Source of the DNA: Anas platyrhynchos
Taxonomy: Eukaryota
Reading direction: 5' to 3'
Assembly: GCF_047663525.1 (NCBI RefSeq)
Contig: NC_092617.1
Location: forward strand, 5,639,550 to 5,703,549
Length of the DNA stretch: 64,000 nucleotides
Below are positions 1 to 10,300 of this stretch, one piece after another. Every line of letters starts with the position of its first letter. Position 1 is the first letter of the stretch. The translations under genes and the position numbers were made by a program. Under the pieces are notes generated by a model. The model was not told the DNA's origin and made no database searches. It was given only the letters and a program-made list of their open reading frames with translations.

Positions 1-560
1 TTTTTGGAGGACACGCCCGCATTTTGGAAGCCACACCCCTTTTTGGGAAGCCACGCCCACTTTGTGAGGACACGCCCCCTTTTGGAGAAGCCACGCCCCT
101 TTTTGGGAGGACAAGCCCATTTTTTTTGGGAAGCCACGCCCCTTTTTGGGAAGCCACGCCCCTTTTTTGGAATCCACGTCCATTTTGGGAAGCCACGCCC
201 CCTTTTGGGAAATCACGTCCATTTTGGGAAGCCACGCCCGCTTTTTTTGGGAAGCCACGCCCATTTTTTGGAATCCACGCCCATTTTTGGAAGATACGCC
301 CCCTTTTTGGGAAGACACCCCCAATTTTGGGAAACCACGCCCCTTTTTTGGAAGACACGCCCCCTTTTGGGGAGGACACGCCCCCTTTTGGGGAAGCCAC
401 GCCACTTTTTGGGAAGCCACTCCCCGTTTTTGGAAGCCACACCCCTTTTTCGGAGGAGAAGACCATTTTGGGGACAAAACACCCATTTTTGGGAAGCCAC
501 GCCCCCTTTTAGGAAGCCACGCCCCCATTTTGGAGGCCACGCCCCCTTATGAATGAATAA
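1..560. repeat. ~20-bp tandem minisatellite TTTTGGGAAGCCACGCCCC (~27 units); each unit carries a CACGCCC (KLF/Sp GT-box-like) core
   Basis: Direct reading. Confidence 0.9.
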
Positions 561-860
561 AGGCTCTTGGCCCCGCCCCCCGTGTCATGACGTCATTGGC
601 CACGCCCCCTTCCCTTAAACCCCGCCCCTTTCCCCTTAACCCCCGCCCATTTCCCTTAAACCCCGCCCCTTTTACCCCAAACCCCGCCCCCTCCCTCCTT
701 CCACCAATCCCCTCCGCCCTCCTCCCGCTCTCAGCCAATCGCGCGCCGCGGGGGGCGTGGCCAGCGCGCGGGGGCGGCGCGGCGGCGGCGGGGGGGGGCT
801 CAGTCGGCGGCGGGACGCCGAAGGGTGCGGATCGGAGGGGTAAAAAGGGGAATTAAGCGG
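540..860. promoter_or_regulatory. CpG-island-like block: six tandem GC boxes (CCCCGCCCC), a CCAAT box (cagccaatcgcgcg ~731) and a G/C-rich core (745..830)
   Basis: Sequence composition and motifs; gene assignment unknown (possibly a divergent neighbour or an upstream non-coding TTC5 exon; a GTAAAA donor-like site at ~838). Confidence 0.35.
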
Positions 861-950
861 AATTAATTAAGGTAATTAATTAATTAAGGGGATTAATTAA
901 GGGGATTAATTAAGGGGATTAATTAAGGGGATTAATTAATTAAGGGGCTC
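860..950. repeat. (GGGGATTAATTAA)n, ~6 units
   Basis: Direct reading. Confidence 0.9.
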
Positions 951-1059
951 GACCCGCGTTCCTCCCGCCGCCCCCAGCAGTAGGCGCCGGGCTTTTAGCG
1001 GCGTCGTAGATTAAAAAATATTTAAAAAATAAAATAAAAAAAAGCGGCTCCAGGCTTCG

Positions 1060-1340
1060 CTCGCGCTGCCCGGAGGTACCGGGGGCAGCGCGGATTTCAC
1101 GGGCTCGTACAAGGGGGTCCTGGGGGGGTCCCCGGGGGTCCTGAGGGGGGGTCCCGGGGGGTCTCTGGGGGGGTCCTGGGGGGGTCCTGGGGGGGTCCCT
1201 GGGGGGGTCTCTGGGGGGGTCCCCGGGGGTCTCTGGGGGGGTCCTGGGGGGGGTCCTGGGGGGGTCTGGGGGGGTCCCGGGGGTCTCTGGGGGGGTCCCT
1301 GGGGGGGTCCTGGGGGTCCTGGGGGGGGGGGGGGGGGGAG
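1060..1340. repeat. GGGGGTCC(C)TGGGGGGGTCTC-type 14-21-bp G-rich minisatellite (yields a spurious Pro-rich minus-strand ORF)
   Basis: Direct reading. Confidence 0.85.
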
Positions 1341-1399
1341 AGGCACAAAATGGCGGCGGCGGACATTTTGTGGAGGGGAATCGTCTTTTTTTGCACTTA

Positions 1400-3300
1400 A
1401 AGGGTTAAATTGTTTGTTTTAAGGTTCGTTTTTTCGTTTTTTTCTCCTTTTTCTGTCAGTTTTTGTGGTTTAATGGGTGTTTTCGAGGTCGGAGCGCTGA
1501 GGTAAGCCTCACACCCCTTCAAACCCTCCTAATTCTCATTTTAAAGCCCAATTTTCCCTTTTAAATTCTATTTTATTTTCTTTAACCACTTAAATTATTT
1601 ATTTTAAACTCTCTTTTTTCATTTTTTTCTCCTTTTCCTGTCAGTTTTTGTGCTTTAATGGCTATTTTCGAACCCGGAGTGCTCAGCTAAGCCTCACACC
1701 CATTCAAATCCTCCTTCTGAACCCTAATTTTCCCTTTTAAATTCCCTTTTTTCCTTCTTTAGCCACTTAAATAATTTATTTTAAACTCTCTTTTTTCATT
1801 TTTTTCTCCTTTTCCTGTCAGTTTTTGTGCTTTAATGGCTATTTTCGAACCCGGAGCGCTCAGCTAAGCCTCACACCCCTTCAAACCCTCCTTCTAAACC
1901 CTAATTTTCCCTTTTAAATTCCCTTTTATCTTCTTTAACCACTTAAATTATTTATTTTAAACTCCCTTTTTTCGTTTTTTTCTTAATTTTCTGTCATTTT
2001 TGGTATTTTAATCTCTATTTCCGACCCCGGAGCGCTCAGGTGAGCCTCGCACCCCTTCAAACCCTCCTCCTTCCCCTTTTAACCCCTAATTTTCTTTTTA
2101 AATTCACTTTTTCGCCTTTTAACTAACTAATTATCCATTTTAACTTCATTTTATTTTATTTTCTTCTCCTTTTTCTGTCAGTTTTTGTGTTTTAATGGCT
2201 ATTTTCGAGCCCGGAACGCTCTCACCCCTTCAACTCCCCCCCCCATTTCCCTTCCTCTTTCCCCTTTTAAGCCCTAATTTTCCCTTTTAAATCAATTTTT
2301 TCCATTTTTAACTAACTTATTATTCTTTTTAATCTTAATTTTTTCGTTTTCTTCTTCATTTTCTGTCACTTTTTGTGTTTTAATGGCTATTTTTGAACCC
2401 AGAACAACACATTTTGTGGAGGCACTCCGGGCACATTTACCACCTCCCCTCCTTTATTATCCCTAAATCTTTTTAAAATCCGCTTTTTTCCACTTAAATT
2501 ATTTATTTTAAACTTCATTTTTTCATTTTTTTCTCAATTTTCTGTCACATTTTGTGTTTTAATGGCTATTTTCGAACCCAGAACACATTTTTGTGGAGGC
2601 GCTCCGGGCACGTTTCCCTCCCTTTTTATCCCTAAATCTTCCTTTTAAAATCCGTTTTTTTTCGACTTAAGCCCTTAAATTATTTATTTTAAACTCTCTT
2701 TTTTGATTTTTTATTCCCTTTTCTGTCACTTTTTGTGTTTTAATGGCTATTTTCGAGCCCGGAACGCTCTCACCCCTTTAACCCCCCCCCCCATTTCCCT
2801 TCCTTTTTCCCCTTTTAACCCCCAAATTTTCCCTTCAAAACCCCATTTTCTTCTTTTTTAAACCCATTTTTTCCCTTTTTCCTTCATTTTTAATTATTTT
2901 CCTTAAATATTAATAACTATTTTTAAGCCCAGAGCGCTCAATAAATCCTCACGCCCCTTTACACCCTCCCCATTTCCCCTCCATTTTTCCCCTTTTTACC
3001 CCCATTTTTCCCCTTTTTACCTCATTTTATCTATTTTTAAACTCCCTTTTTTTCCCTTAAACCCCATTTTTTCCCTTTTTTCCCCTTTTTTCTTACATTT
3101 TTAATTTTTAATCCCTTTCTTCAATCCTAGAGCCCTCACGCCCCCTCAACCCACCTTTTATCCCCATTTTTTACCCCAATTTCCCCTCTTTTTCCCCCTT
3201 TTCACCCCCAATTTTCCCTTTAAACCCCTTTTTTTCCCTCATTTTCCCCCTTTTTTCTTTTATTTGATTAATTTTTGATAAATTCCGATTTCCAAGCCCT
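1400..3300. repeat. ~180-bp satellite, about 10 tandem monomers (conserved core ...CTGTCAGTTTTTGTGCTTTAATGGCTATTTTCGAACCCGGAGCGCTCAG...), diverging towards 3300
   Basis: Monomer restarts at ~1440, 1620, 1800, 1980, 2160, 2340, 2520, 2700. Confidence 0.85.
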
Positions 3301-3785
3301 GAGCACCCAGATGAGGCTCTGCCTGGGTAAATTTCACCATTTTTACGCTTTTTTACAGCTTTTCGTCGCAATAAACACCCCGTGCTTGTGCCAAAAAGCC
3401 CCAAAAGCTGAAATTTGGGGTAAAATCTTTAAAAAATGGTAAAAAATAATAAAAACAGTTTAAAAAAAGAGCAGATTCCCATTTTTCTCAGTCACAGCGC
3501 CACGGGCGAGCTTAAAAGTGGGTTAAAAGCGGGGATTTTTGGTAAATATCTTTTTAAGGGGGGTTAGGAGCAGAAAATGATTAAAAATGGGCAAAAAGGG
3601 TGAAAAATTTTGGGGGATTTTGGGTTTTTTACCTCAGCGCTGAGCTGAGGGGGCTGCTCCCGGCTTTACAGCGCGGTTTGGAGCCCTGGGCTGGGGTTAA
3701 AAGCCAGGGGGAGGAAAAGGATTAAAAATAGGTATTAAATAATGATTAAAAATGTAATAAAATGATAAAAAACGCCGATTTTGCC

Positions 3786-4227
3786 TCATTTTGGGATGTT
3801 TCTTGGGGAGGGGGGGGGGAGGAAGCGCTGAGGCGCCGCCATTTTGAGTGTGGCGCCCAACCCGGCCACAGGGCGGCGCCATTTTGGTTGTGGCATTGCC
3901 CATATATGGAGCGGGGCGGGCGAACGGTGGCTTCCTATTGGTCGGATTTTCGCGGGGCGGTGGAACCCTGCGCTCCTATTGGTCGGATTTTCGCGGGCTA
4001 GGCCGCCATCTTGAGTGTGGCAGCGCCCGCGGGGATGAGGGGGCCGCCATCTTGGGTGCGGCGATGCCCATATATGGAGCGGGGCGGGCGAAGCGTGGCT
4101 TCCTATTGGTCGGTTTTTCGCGCGCTCGGGCGCCATCTTGAGTGCGGCGCCGCCATCTTGGGAAGGTCGCGGGGGCCAAACCGGAAAAGGGGGCAACCGG
4201 AAGTGGGGGGGCGTGGCCACGGCAGCA
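3786..4227 (+). promoter_or_regulatory. TTC5: TTC5 proximal promoter: tandemly duplicated ~168-bp unit carrying two perfect CArG boxes (CCATATATGG at 3900..3909 and 4068..4077), three inverted CCAAT boxes (CCTATTGGTCGG at ~3933, ~3974, ~4100) and about six YY1-like GCCGCCAT(C/T)TTG motifs
   Basis: Motifs read directly; located immediately 5' of the TTC5 ATG at 4228. Confidence 0.6.
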
Positions 4228-4311
4228 ATGGCGGCGGCCGAGGAGGAGGCGGCGGCGGCGGCCGAGGGGGACGGGGAAGGGGGCGACGAGGAGGCCCTGA
4301 GGGCCCTGGAG
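4228..4311 (+). CDS. TTC5: TTC5 coding exon 1 (MAAAEEEAAAAAEGDGEGGDEEALRALE), ATG at 4228, donor GTGGGG
   Basis: Acidic N-terminus matches human MMADEEEEVKPILQKLQE; phase 0 into exon 2. Confidence 0.7.
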
Positions 4312-7300
4312 GTGGGGGGGGGCTGGGGGGAGGGGCTGGTTGCCATGGAGACCGGGGGGGGAGGGGGGGTTGCTATGGGGCCTAAGGGGGGGGGCGAGGC
4401 CTGGTTGCCATGGAAACGGGGCCTAGAGGGGGACAAGGCCTGGTTGCAATGGAGATTTTGGGTGAAAAAGTCCCATTTCTATGGAGATTTGGGGTGTCAG
4501 GGCCTGGTTGCCATGGAAACGGGGCCTAGAGGGTGACAAGGCCTGGTTGCTGTGGAGATTTGGGGTGAAAAAGTCCCATTTCTATGAAGATTTTGGGGTA
4601 AAAAAGCATGGTTTCCATGGAAACGAGGCCTAGAGGGGTACAAAACCCAGTTGCTATGGAGATTTGGGGTGACAAGGCCTGGTTGCCATGGAAACGAGGC
4701 CTAGAGGGTGACAAAACCCGGTTGCCATGGAGATTTGGGGTGAAAAAGCCTGGTTTCCATGGAAACGGGGAGATTTGGAGTGAAAAAGTCCCGTTTCTAT
4801 GGTAATTTGGGGTGAAAAAGCCTGGTTTCCATGGAAACGAGGCCTAAAAGGGGACAAGGCCTGGTTGCTATGGAGATTTGGGGTGAAAAAGTCCCATTTC
4901 TGTGGCAATTTGGGGTGACAGGGCCTGGTTGCCATGGAAACGAGGCCTAGAGGGGACAAGGCCTGGTTGCTATGGAGATTTGGGGTGAAAAAGTCCCATT
5001 TCTATGGCAATTTGGGATGACAGGGCCTGGTTGCCATGGAAACGAGGCCTAGAGGGGGACAAAACCCGGTTGCCATGGAGATTTGGGGTGACAAGGCCCC
5101 GTTTCTATGGAGATTTGGGGGTGACAGGGCCTGGTTGCCATGGAAACGAGGCCTAGAGGGGACAAGGCCTGGTTGCCATGGAGATTTGGGGTGAAAAAGC
5201 CTGGTTTCCATGGAAACGGGGAGATTTGGGGTGAAAAAGTCCCGTTTCTATGGAAATTTGGGGTGACAGGGCCTGGTTGCCATGGAAACGAGGCCTAGAG
5301 GGGGACAAGGCCTGGTTGCTGTGGAGATTTGGGGTGAAAAAGTCCCGTTTCTATGGAGATTTGGGGGTGACAGGGCCTGGTTGCCATGGAAACGGGGTGA
5401 TTTTGGGGTGATTTGGGGTGAAAAAGTCCCGTTTCTATGGAAATTTGGGGGTGACAGGGCCTGGTTGCCATGGAAACGAGGCCTAGAAGGTGACAAGGCC
5501 CCGTTTCCATGGTGATTTGGGGTGAAAAAGTCCCGTTTCTATGGAGATTTGGGGTGTCAGGGTCTGGTTGCCATGGAAACGGGGAGATTTGGGGTGAAAA
5601 AATCCCGTTTCTATGGTAATTTGGGGGTGACAGGGCCTGGTTGCCATGGAAACAAGGCCTAGAGGGTGACAAAACCCGGTTGCTATGGAGATTTGGGGTG
5701 AAAAAGTCCCGTTTCTATGGAGATTTTGGGGTAAAAAAGCATGGTTTCCATGGAAACGAGGCCTAGAGGGGTACAAAACCCAGTTGCTATGGAGATTTGG
5801 GGTGACAAGGCCTGGTTGCCATGGAAACGGGGTGATTTTGGGGTGATTTGGGGTGAAAAAGTCCTGTTTCTATGGAAATTTGGGGTGACAAGGCCTGGTT
5901 GCCATGGAAACGAGGCCTAGAGGGGACAAGGCCTGGTTGCTGTGGAGATTTGGGGTGAAAAAGTCCCGTTTCTATGGAGATTTGGGGGTGACAGGGCCTG
6001 GTTGCCATGGAAACGAGGCCTAGAGCTGACAAGGCCCCGTTTCCATGGTGATTTGGGGTGAAAAAGTCCCATTTCTATGGTAATTTGGGGTGAAAAAGCC
6101 TGGTTTCCATGGAAACGGGGAGATTTGGGGTGAAAAAGTCCCGTTTCCATGGAAATTTGGGGTGACAGGGCCTGGTTGCCATGGAAACGAGGCCTAGAGG
6201 GGACAAGGCCTGGTTGCTGTGGAGATTTGGGGTGAAAAAGTCCCATTTCTATGACAATTTGGGGTGACAGGGCCTGGTTGCCATGGAAACGAGGCCTAGA
6301 GGGGGACAAGGCCTGGTTGCCATGGAGATTTGGGGGTGACAGGGCCTGGTTGCCATGGAAACGGGGTGATTTGGGGTGACAAGGCCCCGTTTCTATGGAG
6401 ATTTGGGGTGAAAAAGTCCCATTTCTATGGAGATTTGGGGTGACAAGGCCTGGTTGCCATGGAAACGCGGCCTAGAGGGGGACAAGGCCTGGTTGCTATG
6501 GAGATTTGGGGTGAAAAAGTCCCGTTTCTATGGAAATTTGGGGTGACAGGGCCTGGTTGCCATGGAAACGGGGCCTAGAGGGTGACAAGGCCCGGTTGCC
6601 ATGGAGATTTGGGGTGAAAAAGCTTGGTTTCCATGGAAACGGGGTGATTTGGGGTGACAAGGCCCCGTTTCTATGGAGATTTGGGGTGAAAAAGTCCCAT
6701 TTCTATGACAATTTGGGGTGACAGGGCCTGGTTGCCATGGAAACGAGGCCTAAAAGGGGACAAGGCCTGGTTGCCATGGAGATTTTGGGGTGACAGGGCC
6801 CGGTTGCCATGGAAACGGGGTGATTTGGGGTGATTTGGGGTGACAAGGCCCCGTTTCTATGGTAATTTGGGGTGTCAGGGCCTGGTTGCCATGGAAACGG
6901 GGCCTAGAGGGGGACAAGGCCTGGTTGCTATGGAGATTTGGGGTGAAAAACTCCCATTTCTATGAAAATTTGGGGTGTCAGGGCCTGGTTGCCATGGAAA
7001 CGGGGCCTAGAAGGGGACAAGGCCTGGTTGCTATGGAGATTTGAGGTGAAAAAGTCCCGTTTCTATGGAAATTTCGGGTGACAAGGCCTGGTTGCCATGG
7101 AAACGAGGCCTAGAGGGGGATGAGGCCTGGTTGCTATGGAGATTTGGGGTGAAAAACTCCCATTTCTATGAAAATTTGGGGTGTCAGGGCCCGGTTGCCA
7201 TGGAAACTAGGCCTAAAAGGGGACGAGGCCTGGTTGCTATGGAGATTTGGGGTGAAAAAGTCCCATTTCTGTGACAATTTGGGGTGACAAGGCCTGGTTG

Positions 7301-10300
7301 CCATGGAAACGGGGCCTAGAGGGGGACAAAACCCGGTTGCCATGGAGATTTGGGGTGAAAAAGCCTGGTTTCCATGGAAACAGGGAGATTTGGGGTGAAA
7401 AAGCCCCATTTCTATGGCAATTTGGGGTGTCAGGGCCCGGTTGCCATGGAAACTAGGCCTAGAGGGGGACAAGGCCTGGTTGCTGTGGAGATTTGGGGTG
7501 AAAAAGTCCCGTTTCTATGGAGATTTTGGGGTGAAAAAGCATGGTTTCCATGGAAACGGGGAGATTTGGGGTGAAAAAGTCCCGTTTCTATGGCAATTTG
7601 GGTTGACAGGGCCTGGTTGCCATGGAAACGAGGCCTAGAAGGTGACAAGGCCCCGTTTCCATGGTGATTTGGGGTGAAAAAGTCCCGTTTCTATGACAAT
7701 TTGGGGTGACAGGGCCTGGTTTCCATGGAAACGGGGAGATTTGGGGTGAAAAAGTCCCATTTCTATGACAATTTGGGGTGACAAGGCCTGGTTGCCATGG
7801 AAACGAGGCCTAGAGGTGACAAGGCCCGGTTGCCATGGAGATTTTGGGGTGAAAAAGCCTGGTTTCCATGGAAACGGGGTGATTTGGGGTGACAAGGACC
7901 CGTTTCTATGGAGATTTGGGGTGAAAAAGTCCCATTTCTATGACAATTTGGGGGTGACAGGGCCTGGTTGCCATGGAAACGGGGTAATTTGGGGTGACAA
8001 AACCCGGTTGCCATGGAGATTTGGGGTGAAAAAGTCCCGTTTCTATGACAATTTGGGGTGAAAAAGCCTGGTTTCCATGGAAACGGGGTGATTTGGGGTG
8101 ACAAAGTCCCGTTTCTATGGAGATTTTGGGGTGACAAGGCCCGGTTGCCATGGTGACGACCCCAAAATCCCTTTTTTTCCCCCCAGGAGATGGTGGCCGA
8201 GCTGTACCGCTTCAAGGACAGCCTGCGGCTGGGTGACAACCCCCAGAAGGGTGACAACGACACCCCCATGGGTGACAACAACCCCACAGGTGACAAAAAT
8301 ACCCCTAAAGGTGACAAAAACACCCCCACGGGTGACAAAAATACCCCTAAGGGTGACAAAAACAACCCCAAGGGTGACAAAAACACCCCCACGGGTGACA
8401 AAAACACCCCTAAGGGTGACAAAAACACCCCAAAAGGTGACAAAAACACCCTAAAAGTGACAAAAACACCCCTAAGGGTGACAAAAACACCCCGAAGGGT
8501 GACAAAAACACCCCCAGGGTGACAAAAACACCCCTAAAGGTGACAAAAATACACTAAGGGTGACAAAAACACCCTAAGGGTGACAAAAATACCCCTAAAG
8601 GTGACAAAAACACCCCCAGGGTGACAAAAATACCTCTAAGGGTGACAAAAATACCCCAAAGGGTGACAAAAATACCCCTAAGGGTGACAAAAACACCCCT
8701 AAAAGTGACAAAAACACCCAAAAAATGACAAAAACACCCTAAAAGTGACAAAAACACCCCAAAAGGTGACAAAAACACCCTAAGGGTGACAAAAAAACCC
8801 AAAGGGTGACAAAAACACCCCTAAGGGTGACAAAAACACCCTAAAAGTGACAAAAATACCCCTAAGGGTGACAAAAACACCCTAAAAGTGACAAAAATAC
8901 CCCTAAGGGTGACAAAAATACCCTAAGGGTGATAAAAACACCCCCAGGGTGACAAAAACACCCCCACAGGTGACAAGAAGACCCCCACGGGTGACAAAAA
9001 CCCCCCAAAAAGTGACACCGACCCCCAAAAAGGTGACGGCGGTCGCCTGGCGGCGCTGGAGGAGGAGATGGAGCGCACGGTGCAGCGCATGGAGGCCGTG
9101 CACGGTGAGCCCCAAAATCACCCAAAACCCCCGAAAAACCCCACCCATAACCCCAAAACCCTGCCAAAAACCCAAAAACCCTGCCCAAAACCCAAAAACC
9201 CCACCCAGAACCCCAAAAACCCTGCCCACAACCCAAAAAACCCCACCCATAACCCCAAAACCCTGCCCATAACCCAAAAAACCCCACCCATAACCCCAAA
9301 AACCCACGCACAACCCCAAAAAACCCGCGCACAACCCAAAAACCCCCACCGAAAACCCAAAAACCCCCACCCATAACCCAAAAAACCCCACCCATAATCC
9401 AAAAACCCCACCCACAACCCAAAAAAACCCGCCCATAACCCCAAAAAAACCCACCCAGAACCCCAAAACTCCGCCCACAACCCAAAAAACCCCGCCCAGA
9501 ACCCAAAAACCCCACCCAAAACCCAAAAAACCCCACCCAGAACCCAAAAACCCCACCCAAAACCCAAAAAACCCCACCCATAACCCAAAAACCCCGCTTA
9601 CAACCCAAAAACCCCCGCCCAAAACCCCAAAACCCTGCCCACAACCCAAAAAACCCCACCCATAACCCAAAAAACCCCACCCAGAACCCAAAAACTCTGC
9701 CCATAACCCAAAAAACCCCGCATACAACCCCAAAAACCCCGCCCACAACCCAAAAAACCCCGCCCAGAACCCAAAATCCTGCCAAAAACCCAAAAACCCC
9801 ACCCACAACCCAAAAAACCCTGCCCACAACCCAAAAACCCCGCCCAGAACCCCAAAAACCCCGCCCACAACCCCAAAAACCCTGCCCACAACCCAAAAAA
9901 CCCCACCCAGAACCCCAAAAACCCCGCCCATAACCTAAAAACCCCGTCCAAAACCCAAAAAAACCCCACCCATAACCCAAAAAACCCCGCCCAGAACCCA
10001 AAAAACCCCGCCCACAACCCAAAAAACCCCACCTACGACCCCAAAAACCCCACCCAAAACCCAAAAACCTGCCCAGAACCCAAAAAATCCCACCCATAAC
10101 CCAAAAAACCCCACCCAAAACCCAAAAAACCCCACCCACAACCCCAAAAAACCCCGCCCAGAACCCCAAAAACCCCGCCCAGAACCCAAAGACCCCACCC
10201 ATAACCCAAAAAACCCCACCCAAAACCCAAAAACCCCGCCCAGAACCCCAAAACCCCACCCAAAACCCAAAAAACCCCGCCCAGAACCCAAAAACCCCGC

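Noticed and set aside
1011-1346. Minus-strand Pro/Gly-rich collagen-like ORF (PPGPPQGPP...)
   Set aside because: Product of the GGGGGTCCTGGGGGGGTCC minisatellite; Gly is not at every third position; no splice context.
1400-3300. tRNA B-box-like TTCGAACCCGG in each ~180-bp monomer (possible SINE or tRNA-derived satellite)
   Set aside because: Only a partial match to GGTTCGANTCC; no A box at the appropriate spacing and no cloverleaf could be folded by eye.
8190-8522. In-frame read-through of TTC5 exon 2 into the 21-bp repeat encoding (GDKNTPK)n
   Set aside because: The orthologue alignment requires splicing at the G|GTGAC donor at 8232/8233 to reach the EEEMERTVQRMEAV exon; treated as a potential cryptic isoform only (see findings).
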